The notes: generated by a model from the letters alone, not told the origin. A stretch of DNA of 14,161 nucleotides from a virus (IMGVR_UViG_2695420514_000009), one strand, 5' to 3'; shown: positions 1 through 8,094, counted from the stretch's first letter. Program-made: numbers and translations.

Positions 1-237
1 ATGGTACAGCTAAGTGATGACCAGAAAAGAAAAGTGGCGGCACAGAAACGAGCAGAGTGTTTGCGTAAGGCGCGCCGGACTCCGGTTTCACCGGTGAACC
101 TGACAGAAATAAAACAAGCGGTCAACAGACTACATTCTGAGTTGGGAATGGGATTTGAAGAGCGGCGGGTATTCCGACGATATAAAGGGACAGGAGAACA
201 GAATACGTCCGGAAACGCGCGGTCAAAAAAATGCTAA
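1..237 (+). CDS. hypothetical small basic protein; ORF begins exactly at the window edge, so the true start is uncertain
   Basis: 78-aa ORF from the six-frame track, lysine/arginine-rich, no family recognised. It is convergent with the minus-strand ORF 318-542 and followed by a hairpin at 275-299. Lower GC than the structural genes. Confidence 0.25.
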   Translation: MVQLSDDQKRKVAAQKRAECLRKARRTPVSPVNLTEIKQAVNRLHSELGMGFEERRVFRRYKGTGEQNTSGNARSKKC

Positions 238-274
238 AAAATATCTGAGAGAGTTATTGCCTGTTACCATAATA

Positions 275-299
275 AAAAGCGACTTTAGTGGTCGCTTTT
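275..299. terminator. bidirectional rho-independent terminator-like hairpin between convergent ORFs
   Basis: AAAAGCGAC (275-283), loop TTTAGTG (284-290), GTCGCTTTT (291-299). The 5-bp GC core is extended by an A-run/T-run that can pair and also supplies a U-tract on either strand. Confidence 0.45.
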
Positions 300-317
300 G
301 TGTCATATATAAGTCGT

Positions 318-542
318 TTAAGTAAACCTGTCTGAACAGGTGCTCTGGTCGTGTTTGTCTTTGTTGGGTAAAAATTGAGAATATTTTTCATTAATTAATC
401 TTCTTCTGCAGGCTTCAATAACCCACGCTGAAAAATTTTCTGAACCTTTCAGATCAAGAGCGATGTTAATTTGTTCAATCATCTGGTTTGGAAATCGGAT
501 GTTGCGGGTTGTTGTTCTGCGGGTTCTGTTCTTTGATGACAT
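318..542 (-). CDS. putative small ribbon-helix-helix (Arc/MetJ/CopG-like) DNA-binding protein
   Basis: 74-aa ORF with ATG at 540-542 (complement). Basic N-terminal tail (KNRTRRTTTR) followed by a predicted strand-helix-helix pattern, IRFPNQMIEQINIALDLKG-SENFSAWVIEACRRRL, which resembles the Arc repressor architecture. The RBS is weak. The DNA closely resembles what I recall of the lambda right end next to cos. Confidence 0.45.
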   Translation of the reverse strand: MSSKNRTRRTTTRNIRFPNQMIEQINIALDLKGSENFSAWVIEACRRRLINEKYSQFLPNKDKHDQSTCSDRFT

Positions 543-707
543 AATGTTGCCCCATATTCAGTGTTGCTGATTTGTATTATCTGAAGTTGCTTTTACGTTA
601 ATTTGATGCAGATCAATTAATACGATACCTGCGTCATAATTGATTATTTGACGTGGTTTGATGGCGTACACGCACGTTGTGACATGTAGATGATAATTAT
701 TATTTTG

Positions 708-722
708 TGGGTCCTTTCCGGC
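708..722 (+). promoter_or_regulatory. cosQ-like element (packaging termination signal) upstream of cosN
   Basis: GGGTCCTTTCCGGCG, about 17 bp upstream of the cosN nick, followed by ATCCGACAGGTTACG. This matches the lambda right-end terminal sequence as I recall it, with one or two substitutions. Confidence 0.5.
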
Positions 723-732
723 GATCCGACAG

Positions 733-755
733 GTTACGGGGCGGCGACCTCGCGG
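733..755. other. cosN cohesive-end site; predicted 12-nt 5' overhang GGGCGGCGACCT at 739-750
   Basis: TTACG|GGGCGGCGACCT|CGCGG matches the lambda cohesive end and its immediate flanks. It sits about 185 bp upstream of the terminase small-subunit gene, as in lambda. Confidence 0.8.
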
Positions 756-786
756 TTTTTCGCTATTTATGAAAATTTTCCGGGAT

Positions 787-893
787 CCATGTCCGGTTTC
801 TCTGCAAGTTAACTATATGAAAAATATAAAAACAGGCTGTCCGTGAACCGGACATGTGCAAAAAACGGACATGTAAACCGGACATGACCGGTT
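787..893. promoter_or_regulatory. cosB-like region: repeated terminase small-subunit binding (R-site-like) motifs flanking an AT-rich putative IHF-bending segment
   Basis: Motif AACCGGACATG occurs at 846-857, 864-874 (one base shorter) and 876-887 in direct orientation, and inverted at 787-798 (CCATGTCCGGTT). The AT-rich stretch 811-835 lies between the inverted copy and the direct copies. Similarity to lambda ends right after TTTTCCGG (about 782). Confidence 0.55.
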
Positions 894-933
894 TTGTGCT
901 GATTGTGAGGTAAGAGTTTTTGCGAGGTGAGGA

Positions 934-1443
934 GTGGCTACGCAGACTGAAGTTGCCAGGCATTTGAGTCTGACCGATCGCCAGCTTCGCAGATTGCAGA
1001 AATTACCGGGTGCCCCGGTCTCGAATAAGCGAGGGCAACTGGATCTGGATGCCTGGCGCGATTTTTACATATCGTATCTGAGGAGAAGTAAAAACGATGT
1101 GCCTGATGGCGATAGCGAAGACGACTATGAGGAAAAATTGCTTATTGCCAGATGGGAACTGACAGCAGAACAGGCTGTTACACAGCAGTTAAAAAATGAG
1201 GTGTCAAAAGGAAAACTTATTGACACCGGGTTCTGTATTTTTGCCCTCAGTAAGCTGGCAATGGCGTTATCCAGTACGCTTGATTCCATCCCTTTATCCA
1301 TGCAACGACAGTTTCCTGATTTAACACCGCGCCATCTTGACCATCTGAAAACCCTTATTGCGAAGGGGGCAAATCAGTGTGCGCGGGCGGGGGATAAATT
1401 ACCGGATTTACTCGATGAATATATCAGAGCAACAACTGAATAA
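934..1443 (+). CDS. nu1: terminase small subunit (gpNu1-like)
   Basis: 169 aa with GTG start at 934, the first start after an in-frame TGA, preceded by GAGGTG. It aligns along its length with recalled lambda gpNu1, for example FCIFALSKLA against FCTFVLSRIA, and a C-terminal LPDLLDEYI against LIPGLLSEYI. The N-terminal DNA-binding region is more divergent. The 3' end overlaps the next gene by 29 nt. Confidence 0.85.
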   Translation: MATQTEVARHLSLTDRQLRRLQKLPGAPVSNKRGQLDLDAWRDFYISYLRRSKNDVPDGDSEDDYEEKLLIARWELTAEQAVTQQLKNEVSKGKLIDTGFCIFALSKLAMALSSTLDSIPLSMQRQFPDLTPRHLDHLKTLIAKGANQCARAGDKLPDLLDEYIRATTE

Positions 1444-3343
1444 TATGATGAGTGCTGTCACAACAGCATTACAGCCCCTGATAAGGGCATTGCCGGTGAC
1501 GCCAGTTGAATGGGCTGATCAAAATTATTATCTGCCGAAAGAATCTTCATATGGTGAGGGAGAATGGAAAACGCTGCCATTCCAGATCGCCATTATGAAC
1601 TGTATGGGTAACGACCAGGTTCGCACGGTTAACCTGATTAAATCTGCCCGTGTTGGCTATACAAAGATGTTGCTGGGGGTGGTCGGGTATTTTATTGAGC
1701 ATAAATCCCGAAACAGTCTGCTTTTTCAGCCCACGGATTCTGCCGCTGAAGATTTTATGAAGTCTCACGTGGAGGCGACGATTAGGGACGTGCCATGCCT
1801 GAAAGACCTTTCCCCATGGCTGGGTCGTAAACATCGTGATAATACCCTCACGCTGAAACGCTTTTCATCGGGTGTGGGCTTCTGGTGCCTGGGCGGCGCT
1901 GCCGCCAAAAACTACCGTGAAAAATCCGTGGACGTGGTCTGCTATGACGAGCTTTCCTCGTTCGAACCGGATGTTGAAAAAGAGGGCTCGCCAACCCTGC
2001 TGGGGGATAAGCGTATTGAGGGCTCTGTATGGCCAAAATCCATTCGCGGCTCGACGCCTAAAATCAAAGGCACCTGTCAGATCGAAAAAGCGGCTAACGA
2101 GTCGGCGCATTTCATGCGTTTTTATGTGCCCTGCCCGCACTGTGGGGAGGCGCAGTATCTGAAATTTGGCGATGAGTCCACGCCTTTTGGGCTTAAATGG
2201 GAGAAGGACAGTCCCGAAAGCGTTTTCTACCTCTGTGAACATCATGGCTGCGTGATCCATCAGTCTGAACTGGACCAGAGCAACGGGCGGTGGATCTGTG
2301 AAAACACGGGCATGTGGACCCGTGACGGTCTGACGTTTTTCAGCGCTGCGGGTAATGAAATTCCGCCGCCGCGCTCCATCACTTTCCATATCTGGACGGC
2401 GTACAGTCCGTTCACCACCTGGGTACAGATTGTCTATGACTGGCTGGATGCACTGAAAGATCCCAACGGCCTGAAAACTTTTGTGAACACCACGCTGGGC
2501 GAGACCTGGGAAGAGGCCGTGGGCGAAAAACTCGATCACCAGGTTCTGATGGATAAGGTTGTTCATTACACGGCGGCGGTGCCTGCCCGGGTGGTTTATC
2601 TGACGGCGGGCATTGACTCGCAGCGAAACCGTTTTGAGATGTATGTCTGGGGATGGGCTCCGGGAGAGGAGGCCTTTCTGGTGGATAAAATTATCATTAT
2701 GGGGCGTCCCGATGAGGAAGAGACGCTATTACGTGTGGATGCGGCGATCAACAAAAAATACCGCCATGCAGACGGAACCGAAATGACCATTTCCCGTGTC
2801 TGCTGGGACATCGGGGGGATCGATGGCGAAATCGTTTATCAGAGGTCAAAAAAACACGGTGTTTTCCGGGTGCTGCCGGTAAAAGGCGCATCTGTCTATG
2901 GCAAGCCGGTGATCACCATGCCAAAAAACCGCAATCAGCGGGGCGTGTATCTGTGTGAAGTGGGGACGGACACCGCAAAAGAAATTCTCTATGCCCGTAT
3001 GAAAGCCGATCCCACGCCTGCGGATGAAGCCACGTCGTATGCCATCCGTTTTCCTGATGATCCGGAGATTTTTTCGCAGACAGAAGCGCAGCAACTGGTG
3101 GCGGAAGAGCTTGTGGAGAAGTGGGAAAAAGGAAAGATGCGTCTGCTGTGGGATAACAAAAAGCGGCGTAACGAAGCACTGGATTGCCTGGTGTATGCCT
3201 ACGCGGCATTACGTGTGTCCGTGCAACGCTGGCAGCTTGATCTGGCTGTACTGGCAAAATCCCGGGAAGAAGAGACGACCCGGCCAACCCTTAAAGAACT
3301 GGCAGCGAAGCTGTCCGGAGGAGTGAATGGTTACAGTCGCTGA
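1415..3343 (+). CDS. A: terminase large subunit (gpA-like; ATPase/nuclease)
   Basis: 642 aa from ATG 1415 (MNISEQQL...). Strong collinear similarity to lambda gpA, for example VEWADQNYYLPKESSYGEGEWKTLPFQ, DNTLTLKRF and KSVDVVCYDEL. The track ORF from 1358 is an upstream extension in the same frame; homology supports 1415. Confidence 0.93.
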   Translation: MNISEQQLNNMMSAVTTALQPLIRALPVTPVEWADQNYYLPKESSYGEGEWKTLPFQIAIMNCMGNDQVRTVNLIKSARVGYTKMLLGVVGYFIEHKSRNSLLFQPTDSAAEDFMKSHVEATIRDVPCLKDLSPWLGRKHRDNTLTLKRFSSGVGFWCLGGAAAKNYREKSVDVVCYDELSSFEPDVEKEGSPTLLGDKRIEGSVWPKSIRGSTPKIKGTCQIEKAANESAHFMRFYVPCPHCGEAQYLKFGDESTPFGLKWEKDSPESVFYLCEHHGCVIHQSELDQSNGRWICENTGMWTRDGLTFFSAAGNEIPPPRSITFHIWTAYSPFTTWVQIVYDWLDALKDPNGLKTFVNTTLGETWEEAVGEKLDHQVLMDKVVHYTAAVPARVVYLTAGIDSQRNRFEMYVWGWAPGEEAFLVDKIIIMGRPDEEETLLRVDAAINKKYRHADGTEMTISRVCWDIGGIDGEIVYQRSKKHGVFRVLPVKGASVYGKPVITMPKNRNQRGVYLCEVGTDTAKEILYARMKADPTPADEATSYAIRFPDDPEIFSQTEAQQLVAEELVEKWEKGKMRLLWDNKKRRNEALDCLVYAYAALRVSVQRWQLDLAVLAKSREEETTRPTLKELAAKLSGGVNGYSR

Positions 3344-3533
3344 ACTGCAGGCGCTGCGTCAGGCGCGCCTTGATTTATTAACCGGTAAACGGGTGGTGTC
3401 TGTCCAGAAAGACGGTCGCAGAATTGAATATACGGCGGCTTCTCTGGATGAGCTTAACCGGGCGATCAATGATGCGGAGTCGGTACTGGGGACAACCCGC
3501 CGTCGCCGTCGTCCGCTGGGAGTGAGGTTATGA
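3327..3533 (+). CDS. W: head-tail joining/head completion protein (gpW-like)
   Basis: 68 aa, same length as lambda gpW, with a conserved LLTGKRVVSVQKDGRRIEYTAAS core. It overlaps the terminase 3' end and its stop overlaps the portal start (ATGA at 3530-3533). Confidence 0.9.
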   Translation: MVTVAELQALRQARLDLLTGKRVVSVQKDGRRIEYTAASLDELNRAINDAESVLGTTRRRRRPLGVRL

Positions 3534-5122
3534 AACGAACGCCTGTCCTGATTGATGTGAACGGCGTTCCGCTTCGGGAGAGCCTCAGCTACAACGGGGG
3601 CGGCGCAGGATTTGGCGGGCAAATGGCGGAGTGGTTGCCACCGGCGCAGAGTGCCGATGCAGCTCTGTTGCCCGCGTTGCGTCTGGGGAATGCCCGTGCA
3701 GATGATCTGGTACGCAATAACGGGATAGCGGCCAATGCGGTGGCACTGCATAAGGATCACATTGTCGGGCATATGTTTCTTATCAGCTACCGTCCGAACT
3801 GGCGCTGGCTGGGGATGCGGGAGACCGCGGCAAAAAGTTTTGTCGATGAGGTGGAGGCGGCCTGGTCGGAATACGCAGAAGGGATGTCTGGCGAGATCGA
3901 CGTGGAAGGGAAACGCACGTTTACGGAATTTATCCGTGAAGGTGTGGGCGTTCATGCGTTTAACGGCGAAATCTTTGTGCAGCCGGTCTGGGATGCGGAG
4001 ACCACGCAGTTATTCCGTACGCGTTTTAAAGCCGTGAGTCCGAAACGGGTGGACACGCCAGGACACGGTATGGGGAACCGCTTTCTGCGGGCCGGTGTGG
4101 AGGTCGATCGATATGGCCGTGCCGTTGCGTACCATATCTGTGAGGATGATTTTCCGTTCTCTGGTAGTGGACGATGGGAACGGATCCCGCGTGAACTTCC
4201 CACCGGGCGTCCGGCCATGCTGCATATTTTCGAGCCGGTGGAGGACGGGCAGACCCGTGGGGCTAATCAGTTTTACAGCGTCATGGAGCGGCTGAAGATG
4301 CTGGATTCCCTGCAGGCAACACAGCTTCAGTCAGCCATAGTGAAGGCAATGTATGCAGCGACAATTGAAAGTGAACTTGATACCGAAAAGGCCTTTGAAT
4401 ATATCGCCGGTGCACCGCAGGGGCAGAAGGATAATCCGCTTATTAATATTCTGGAGAAGTTCTCCAGTTGGTATGACACGAATAACGTGACGCTGGGCGG
4501 CGTCAAAATTCCGCACCTTTTCCCCGGGGATGATCTGAAACTGCAGACTGTGCAGGATTCAGACAATGGATTTTCGGCACTTGAACAGGCGCTGCTGCGG
4601 TATATCGCCGCCGGTCTTGGCGTTTCCTACGAACAGTTGTCCCGTGATTACTCGAAGGTCAGTTATTCAAGTGCCCGTGCATCCGCCAATGAGTCGTGGC
4701 GCTATTTTATGGGGCGGCGAAAATTTATTGCGGCCCGGCTGGCCACGCAGATGTTTTCCTGCTGGCTGGAAGAGGCTCTTCTTCGGGGGATTATTCGTCC
4801 GCCACGGGCGCGTTTTGATTTTTATCAGGCGCGATCAGCCTGGTCACGGGCAGAGTGGATTGGTGCCGGAAGAATGGCCATTGACGGGCTCAAGGAGGTT
4901 CAGGAATCAGTGATGCGCATTGAGGCCGGACTGAGCACGTATGAGAAAGAGCTGGCGTTGATGGGCGAGGATTATCAGGACATTTTCCGCCAGCAGGTCA
5001 GGGAATCTGCAGAGCGGCAAAAAGCCGGACTCTCACGTCCGGTGTGGATAGCGCAGGCGTATCAGCAGCAGATAGCGGAGAGTCGCAGGCCGGAAGAGGA
5101 GACAACACCACGTGAGACGTAA
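3530..5122 (+). CDS. B: portal protein (gpB-like)
   Basis: 530 aa with RBS GGAGTGAGG. Long conserved blocks match lambda gpB, for example ARADDLVRNNG, FEPVEDGQTRGAN, LQSAIVKAMYAATIESELDT and LLRYIAAGLGVSYEQLSR. Confidence 0.93.
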   Translation: MKRTPVLIDVNGVPLRESLSYNGGGAGFGGQMAEWLPPAQSADAALLPALRLGNARADDLVRNNGIAANAVALHKDHIVGHMFLISYRPNWRWLGMRETAAKSFVDEVEAAWSEYAEGMSGEIDVEGKRTFTEFIREGVGVHAFNGEIFVQPVWDAETTQLFRTRFKAVSPKRVDTPGHGMGNRFLRAGVEVDRYGRAVAYHICEDDFPFSGSGRWERIPRELPTGRPAMLHIFEPVEDGQTRGANQFYSVMERLKMLDSLQATQLQSAIVKAMYAATIESELDTEKAFEYIAGAPQGQKDNPLINILEKFSSWYDTNNVTLGGVKIPHLFPGDDLKLQTVQDSDNGFSALEQALLRYIAAGLGVSYEQLSRDYSKVSYSSARASANESWRYFMGRRKFIAARLATQMFSCWLEEALLRGIIRPPRARFDFYQARSAWSRAEWIGAGRMAIDGLKEVQESVMRIEAGLSTYEKELALMGEDYQDIFRQQVRESAERQKAGLSRPVWIAQAYQQQIAESRRPEEETTPRET

Positions 5123-6617
5123 TCTTTCACACATTATTGCCGCAGCATTCAATGAACCGCTGCTTCTGGAGCCCGCCTATGCGCGGGTTTTCTTTTGCGC
5201 GCTCGGGCGCGAGATGGGGGCAGCAAGTCTTTCGGTACCACAGCAGCAGGTACAGCTTGATGCTTCCGGAATGCTGGCTGAAACGGACGAGTACATGGCC
5301 GGAGGTAAACGACCGGCCCGTGTTTACAGGGTGGTGAACGGTATTGCTGTACTGCCGGTGACCGGCACGCTGGTGCACCGGCTGGGGGGTATGCGGCCAT
5401 TTTCCGGAATGACAGGCTATGACGGTATTGTCGCCTGTCTTCAGCAGGCAATGGCGGATAGCCAGGTGCGGGGCGTACTGCTGGACATTGACAGTCCGGG
5501 CGGGCAGGCCGCCGGCGCGTTTGACTGCGCTGACATGATTTACCGCCTCCGTCAGCAGAAACCGGTCTGGGCACTGTGCAATGACACGGCCTGTTCTGCA
5601 GCCATGCTGCTGGCGTCGGCCTGCTCCCGACGGCTGGTTACCCAGACATCCCGTATCGGCTCCATTGGCGTGATGATGAGCCATGTCAGCTATGCCGGTC
5701 ATCTGGCGCAGGCCGGTGTGGATATCACGCTGATTTACTCAGGGACGCACAAGGTGGATGGCAATCAGTTTGAAGCGTTGCCGGCAGAGGTTCGCCAGGA
5801 TATGCAGCAGCGGATTGATGCGGCGCGCCGGATGTTTGCTGAAAAAGTGGCGATGTATACCGGTCTGTCTGTTGATGCCGTCACGGGAACAGAGGCCGCC
5901 GTTTTTGAAGGTCAGTCCGGCATTGAGGCCGGGCTGGCGGATGAATTAGTCAATGCGTCGGATGCCATCAGTGTGATGGCCACGGCGCTGAACAGTAATG
6001 TCAGAGGAGGCACTATGCCGCAATTAACTGCAACGGAAGCCGCCGCGCAGGAGAACCAGCGAGTGATGGGGATCCTGACATGCCAGGAAGCGAAAGGACG
6101 TGAACAGCTTGCCACGATGCTGGCAGGACAACAGGGCATGAGCGTTGAACAGGCCCGGGCGATTCTGGCCGCGGCGGCACCACAGCAGCCGGTGGCATCC
6201 GCGCAGAGTGAAGCCGATCGCATTATGGCGTGTGAAGAAGCGAACGGTCGTGAACAACTGGCGGCAACGCTGGCGGCGATGCCGGAGATGACGGTGGAAA
6301 AAGCCCGCCCGATCCTGGCTGCTTCACCGCAGGCGGATGCCGGACCCTCACTCCGTGATCAGATCATGGCACTGGATGAGGCAAAAGGGGCTGAGGCGCA
6401 GGCAGAACAGCTGGCTGCCTGCCCGGGAATGACTGTGGAGAGCGCCCGGGCTGTGCTGGCTGCGGGATCAGGTAAGGCAGAACCGGTCTCTGCATCCACA
6501 ACCGCCATGTTTGAACGCATCATGGCGAACCATTCACCGGCAGCGGTACAGGGTGGCGTGCCACAGACGTCAGCAGACGGTGATGCGGACGTGAAAATGC
6601 TCATGGCCATGCCATGA
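5112..6617 (+). CDS. C: prohead protease (gpC-like, S49/ClpP-type serine peptidase) with C-terminal scaffold domain
   Basis: 501 aa with GTG start at 5112, overlapping the portal 3' end. The N-terminal two-thirds match lambda gpC (AFNEPLLLEPAYARVFFCAL, NGIAVLPVTGTLV, SIGVMMSHVSYAGHLAQAGVDITLIYSGTHKVDGN). The C-terminal third is Ala/Gln/Glu-rich and internally repeated. Confidence 0.9.
   Translation: MRRNLSHIIAAAFNEPLLLEPAYARVFFCALGREMGAASLSVPQQQVQLDASGMLAETDEYMAGGKRPARVYRVVNGIAVLPVTGTLVHRLGGMRPFSGMTGYDGIVACLQQAMADSQVRGVLLDIDSPGGQAAGAFDCADMIYRLRQQKPVWALCNDTACSAAMLLASACSRRLVTQTSRIGSIGVMMSHVSYAGHLAQAGVDITLIYSGTHKVDGNQFEALPAEVRQDMQQRIDAARRMFAEKVAMYTGLSVDAVTGTEAAVFEGQSGIEAGLADELVNASDAISVMATALNSNVRGGTMPQLTATEAAAQENQRVMGILTCQEAKGREQLATMLAGQQGMSVEQARAILAAAAPQQPVASAQSEADRIMACEEANGREQLAATLAAMPEMTVEKARPILAASPQADAGPSLRDQIMALDEAKGAEAQAEQLAACPGMTVESARAVLAAGSGKAEPVSASTTAMFERIMANHSPAAVQGGVPQTSADGDADVKMLMAMP
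6015..6617 (+). CDS. nu3: scaffolding protein (gpNu3-like), nested in-frame within the 3' third of the protease gene
   Basis: Internal ATG at 6015 in the C frame, preceded by GAGGAGG (6005-6011). It yields 200 aa, the size expected from lambda Nu3, which is likewise translated in-frame within C. It contains three tandem ~46-53 aa repeats. Confidence 0.6.
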   Translation: MPQLTATEAAAQENQRVMGILTCQEAKGREQLATMLAGQQGMSVEQARAILAAAAPQQPVASAQSEADRIMACEEANGREQLAATLAAMPEMTVEKARPILAASPQADAGPSLRDQIMALDEAKGAEAQAEQLAACPGMTVESARAVLAAGSGKAEPVSASTTAMFERIMANHSPAAVQGGVPQTSADGDADVKMLMAMP

Positions 6618-6653
6618 AGCCAGTGCTGACCATCAACAGGAGGTTTTTACAAT

Positions 6654-7001
6654 ATGGTGACGAAAACCATCACTGAACAGCGTGCGGAAGTACGTATTTT
6701 TGCCGGTAATGATCCGGCTCATACCGCCACAGGCAGCAGCGGGATTTCCTCGCCAACACCGGCACTGACGCCCCTGATGCTGGATGAAGCCACCGGGAAA
6801 CTGGTGGTCTGGGACGGACAGAAAGCCGGTAGTGCGGTTGGCATACTGGTACTGCCGCTTGAAGGCACAGAGACGGCGCTGACGTATTACAAGTCGGGAA
6901 CCTTTGCGACGGAGGCAATCCACTGGCCTGAAAGTGTGGATGAACACAAAAAGGCCAACGCTTTTGCCGGCAGTGCCCTGAGTCACGCGGCGCTGCCGTA
7001 A
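6654..7001 (+). CDS. D: head decoration protein (gpD-like)
   Basis: 115 aa with RBS AGGAGG at 6639-6644. Matches lambda gpD: DPAHTAT, PLMLD, KLVVWDG, AVGIL, YYKSGTF and AFAG. Confidence 0.92.
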   Translation: MVTKTITEQRAEVRIFAGNDPAHTATGSSGISSPTPALTPLMLDEATGKLVVWDGQKAGSAVGILVLPLEGTETALTYYKSGTFATEAIHWPESVDEHKKANAFAGSALSHAALP

Positions 7002-7010
7002 CACGTTATC

Positions 7011-7028
7011 AGGCCACCGCGGTGGCCT
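7011..7028. other. perfect palindrome/hairpin in the D-E intergenic spacer
   Basis: AGGCCAC-CGCG-GTGGCCT, a 7-bp stem with 4-nt loop. The following sequence is only moderately T-rich (GACTGATTTCTG). Confidence 0.3.
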
Positions 7029-7058
7029 GACTGATTTCTGAATGAAAGGAACTGATTT

Positions 7059-8087
7059 ATGGGATTGTTTACGACCCGCCAGTTACTCGGTTATACCGAA
7101 CAAAAAGTTAAATTTCGTGCGCTGTTTCTGGAGCTGTTTTTCCGCCGTACAGTGAATTTCCATACCGAAGAGGTGATGCTGGACAAAATTACCGGAAAAA
7201 CGCCGGTGGCGGCCTATGTCTCCCCGGTTGTTGAAGGAAAAGTGCTGCGTCATCGTGGTGGTGAAACCCGCGTGTTGCGTCCGGGCTACGTCAAGCCGAA
7301 ACACGAATTTAATTACCAGCAGGCGGTTGAGCGCCTTCCTGGTGAAGATCCATCTCAACTGAATGATCCGGCTTACCGCCGTCTGCGTATCATTACCGAT
7401 AACCTCAAACAGGAAGAGCACGCGATTGTCCAGGTGGAAGAAATGCAGGCGGTAAATGCTGTGTTGTATGGCAAATACACTATGGAAGGAGACCAGTTCG
7501 AGAAAATTGAGGTCGATTTTGGCAGGTCGACGAAGAATAACATCACTCAGGGTAGTGGTAAGGAGTGGTCAAAACAGGATCGTGACACGTTCGATCCTAC
7601 ACATGATATTGACCTCTACTGCGACCAGGCCAGCGGTCTTGTGAATATTGCCATTATGGACGGTACCGTCTGGCGTCTGCTGAATGGCTTTAAATTGTTC
7701 CGCGAAAAACTGGATACCCGTCGCGGCTCTAATTCGCAACTCGAAACAGCGGTGAAAGACCTGGGCGCGGTGGTGTCCTTCAAAGGGTATTACGGCGATC
7801 TGGCCATTGTGGTGGCAAAAACGTCTTATGTGGCAGAGGACGGTACCGAAAAACGTTATCTGCCTGAGGGCTCGCTGGTCCTGGGGAATACGGCAGCAGA
7901 GGGCATTCGTTGCTATGGTGCCATTCAGGATGCGCAGGCGTTGTCCGAAGGTGTGGTGGCCTCTTCCCGTTATCCGAAACACTGGCTGACGGTAGGGGAT
8001 CCCGCCCGTGAATTTACCATGACGCAGTCCGCGCCGCTGATGGTGTTGCCGGACCCGGATGAGTTTGTGGTGGTACAGGTGAAATAA
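7059..8087 (+). CDS. E: major capsid protein (gpE-like)
   Basis: 342 aa, against 341 in lambda gpE. Extensive identity, for example GYVKPKHE, VEEMQAVNAVLYGKYTMEGD, KLDTRRGSNSQLETAVKDLG and GDPAREFTMTQSAPLMVLPDPDEF. Confidence 0.95.
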   Translation: MGLFTTRQLLGYTEQKVKFRALFLELFFRRTVNFHTEEVMLDKITGKTPVAAYVSPVVEGKVLRHRGGETRVLRPGYVKPKHEFNYQQAVERLPGEDPSQLNDPAYRRLRIITDNLKQEEHAIVQVEEMQAVNAVLYGKYTMEGDQFEKIEVDFGRSTKNNITQGSGKEWSKQDRDTFDPTHDIDLYCDQASGLVNIAIMDGTVWRLLNGFKLFREKLDTRRGSNSQLETAVKDLGAVVSFKGYYGDLAIVVAKTSYVAEDGTEKRYLPEGSLVLGNTAAEGIRCYGAIQDAQALSEGVVASSRYPKHWLTVGDPAREFTMTQSAPLMVLPDPDEFVVVQVK

Positions 8088-8094
8088 TCCGTGA

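Noticed and set aside
783-788. GGATCC (BamHI) hexamer exactly where similarity to lambda cos-flanking sequence ends; also CTTAAG in the H duplication
   Set aside because: Six-base palindromes occur by chance at this frequency, so they are not evidence of engineering on their own. Noted only as a curiosity.
763-963. 66-aa minus-strand ORF overlapping cosN/cosB and the Nu1 start
   Set aside because: It spans the packaging site and repeat motifs, and its translation is dominated by the repeats. More likely non-coding regulatory DNA.
1358-1414. Upstream extension of the terminase large subunit ORF (track start 1358)
   Set aside because: Homology to lambda gpA begins at the ATG at 1415 (MNIS...). 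The extension lies within the Nu1 coding region in another frame.
1865-2566. 233-aa minus-strand ORF inside the terminase large subunit gene, plus other long antisense ORFs (3359-3955, 5127-5702, 11940-12539, 12380-12892)
   Set aside because: They lie entirely antisense to strongly conserved structural genes in GC-rich sequence, have no RBS or recognisable domains, and show low-complexity Arg/Pro/Ala-rich translations typical of spurious antisense frames.
3024-3326. 100-aa +strand ORF in an alternative frame within the terminase 3' region, and small ORFs 3735-4037 and 4566-4913 inside the portal gene
   Set aside because: Alternative-frame ORFs inside well-supported genes, with Arg/Trp/Cys-rich translations, no RBS and no domain resemblance.
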